Assembly (NCBI GenBank): GCA_964649085.1
Contig: CAZYPN010000014.1
Location: forward strand, 78-64,077
Origin: an uncultured Burkholderiales bacterium
GTDB lineage: Bacteria; Vulcanimicrobiota; Xenobia; Xenobiales; JADMJV01
Reading direction: 5' to 3'
DNA length: 64,000 bases
How positions within the stretch are numbered: position 1 is the stretch's first letter; every line of letters starts with the position of its first letter. Shown here in pieces: positions 62,414 through 64,000 of this stretch. The position numbers were made by a program, and so were the translations under genes. A model generated the notes under the pieces. The model was not told where the DNA came from and made no database searches. It saw only the letters and a program-made list of their open reading frames with translations.

Positions 62414-64000
62414 ATGAAAGAACTGCTGGCCCTGGGCGGTCTGGCCTCGAGCACGCTGATCCTGCAACTGGTTTTGACCCGATGCTATTCCGTGGTGTAC
62501 TACTACCACCTGAGCTTTGTGGCCGTCTCTCTCTCCATGTTGGGTCTGTCTCTGGGAGCCATGGGACTGTTTCTGCGGCCCAACTGGCTGACTCCGGACC
62601 AGTGGCGGCGGCGCGCCGCTGATTTTGCGGCCGCGTTTTCTCTCAGCATTTCAGTGTGTTACCCCCTGCAGTTCTACATCCCCAAGGTCTTCTTCAGAGG
62701 TTGGGAAGGGGCGCTGGCCACCACGGTTTTCGTAACGATAGCAGCGGTGCCATTCACGCTGTCCGGCGTGGCGATCGGGCTCTTCCTCACACGGCCGCAG
62801 ACCAACCTGGGCCGAACTTACGCGGCCGACCTGCTGGGTGCTTCGCTGGGGTGTGCCCTGGTTGCGCCACTCTTGCACTATCTCGACCCTTCCACCACCA
62901 TCTTTCTGGCCGCGACCCTGAGCGCCCTGACCTCGCTGCTGCTCAAGGCCGGAAAGCCGGTGATGGGTTTGCTTTGCCTGCAATTGTGCCTGGTGGGCTG
63001 GAGTTATCTCCGGGGTGGCATCACCTATCCCTATGTCAAAGGTGGTCCTGATATCCGTCGCGAGTATGTGGGATGGAACAGCTTCTCGCGAGTCACTGTC
63101 AGCGATTTTGGTTCCCTTCCTATGTGGCTGAGCTTCTATCAGGGACCCCGCCCCGATTCCCGCAACATCCGTATCGATGCTGGGGCCGGAACCGACATCG
63201 TGCGCTGCAGTGGCGACTTTCGAGAACTCGGTATGCTGGGTTTCGACATCACGGCCATGGCCTATCACCTGCGCCCGGCCGCCAAAGTTCTGATTCTGGG
63301 TTGCGGAGGGGGGCGCGACGCGGCCACCGCTCTGGCCATGGGCAGCAGTCACGTGGTGGCCGTGGAGATGAACGATCGGGTGGTCAGCCTGCTGCGAGGT
63401 CGTTATCTGGACTATTCCGGCCGCCTGGCAGAGAAAATTCAACTGGTTTGGGAAGAAGCCCGCAGTTATCTGCGCAATACCTATGAATTCTATGATCTGG
63501 TGCAGATGTCGCTGATCGATACCGCCGCCGCTGTAGCCAGCGGAGCCTACCTCCTCTCCGAGCACAGCCTCTACACCGTGGAAGCCTGGACCCAGATTCT
63601 CCAACACCTCAACCCCGACGGTATCTTCTCCGTGACCCGCAATCGCTACCGAGGCTGGCCCATGGAAGTGGATCGTTGCCTGGCTTTGGCGATTGCCTCG
63701 CTGAAGAACCTGGGGGTGGCCGACCCGCGCGGACATATCCTTCTCTTTGAGGGAGAGTATGCGCCCCACAACGACCCGAACACACCGGTGGGGCTGACCA
63801 CCCTGTTGGTCTGTCGACGCCCCTTTCTCCCCCAGGAACTGGAAAAGGCACGCAGCCTGGAACAGTTTGGCTTCGTTGAGCGCGATTGGAAACGCGGCAA
63901 TTTAAGTCCAGCCAGCCTGCGCCTGCTCGATCCCCAGACCCACGACGCGGCACTGGCTCAGGCCCCCATCGATATTTCGGCGCCCACCGACAATCGGCCC
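62414..64000 (+). CDS. Polytopic membrane domain fused to a spermidine-synthase-like SAM-dependent transferase fold; 3' end beyond the window
   Basis: Own translation from the ATG at 62414 is open to the window end (529 codons): MKELLALGGLASSTLILQLVLTRCYSVVYYYHLSFVAVSLSMLGL.. gives several TM helices. This is followed by ..VLILGCGGGRDAATALAMGSSHVVAVEMN.. (SAM motif I) and ..YDLVQMSLIDT... It is not in the ORF track because it has no stop in the window. Confidence 0.7.
   Translation, partial: MKELLALGGLASSTLILQLVLTRCYSVVYYYHLSFVAVSLSMLGLSLGAMGLFLRPNWLTPDQWRRRAADFAAAFSLSISVCYPLQFYIPKVFFRGWEGALATTVFVTIAAVPFTLSGVAIGLFLTRPQTNLGRTYAADLLGASLGCALVAPLLHYLDPSTTIFLAATLSALTSLLLKAGKPVMGLLCLQLCLVGWSYLRGGITYPYVKGGPDIRREYVGWNSFSRVTVSDFGSLPMWLSFYQGPRPDSRNIRIDAGAGTDIVRCSGDFRELGMLGFDITAMAYHLRPAAKVLILGCGGGRDAATALAMGSSHVVAVEMNDRVVSLLRGRYLDYSGRLAEKIQLVWEEARSYLRNTYEFYDLVQMSLIDTAAAVASGAYLLSEHSLYTVEAWTQILQHLNPDGIFSVTRNRYRGWPMEVDRCLALAIASLKNLGVADPRGHILLFEGEYAPHNDPNTPVGLTTLLVCRRPFLPQELEKARSLEQFGFVERDWKRGNLSPASLRLLDPQTHDAALAQAPIDISAPTDNRP

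Overview
High-GC bacterial chromosomal window, densely coding (about 65 genes), with no rRNA, tRNA or CRISPR array that I could find. The lineage is not determinable from this sequence. An SLH-domain porin, a PEP-CTERM-type protein and several pseudopilins suggest a diderm whose outer membrane is tethered by SLH domains.

Layout:
- 1-3000: degraded mobile-DNA patch. It holds a partial serine recombinase with a res-like array of TGTCCA half-sites, a 63-bp tandem repeat, a possible transposase remnant, and a Uma2 endonuclease plus a truncated Uma2 copy bracketing a PEP-CTERM-like gene.
- 3-14.6 kb: accessory and metabolic genes. These include a thioredoxin whose first CxxC cysteine codon is an in-frame TGA (selenocysteine candidate), two Ser/Thr kinases, a radical SAM protein and vapBC.
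- 14.6-24.2 kb: pseudopilus/T2SS-like cluster. It contains a minor-pilin-propeller fusion, a histidine kinase, a REC-BTAD regulator, three pseudopilins, GspF and a GspG-like protein, but no ATPase or secretin.
- 24-39 kb: mixed metabolism, plus a second GspF paralogue carrying six FQPRWRR motifs in a long N-terminal extension.
- 39.2-43.9 kb: AT-richer operon of two orphan small proteins plus a 1065-aa STAND-type P-loop/TPR NTPase with no output domain in cis. This is my best candidate for an undescribed system.
- 44-64 kb: core genes (SLH porin, rph, htrA, dsrEFH/tusBCD-like, ispG, hppD, prs, pgi and others).

All functional calls rest on motifs read by eye from the translations. No database search was run.
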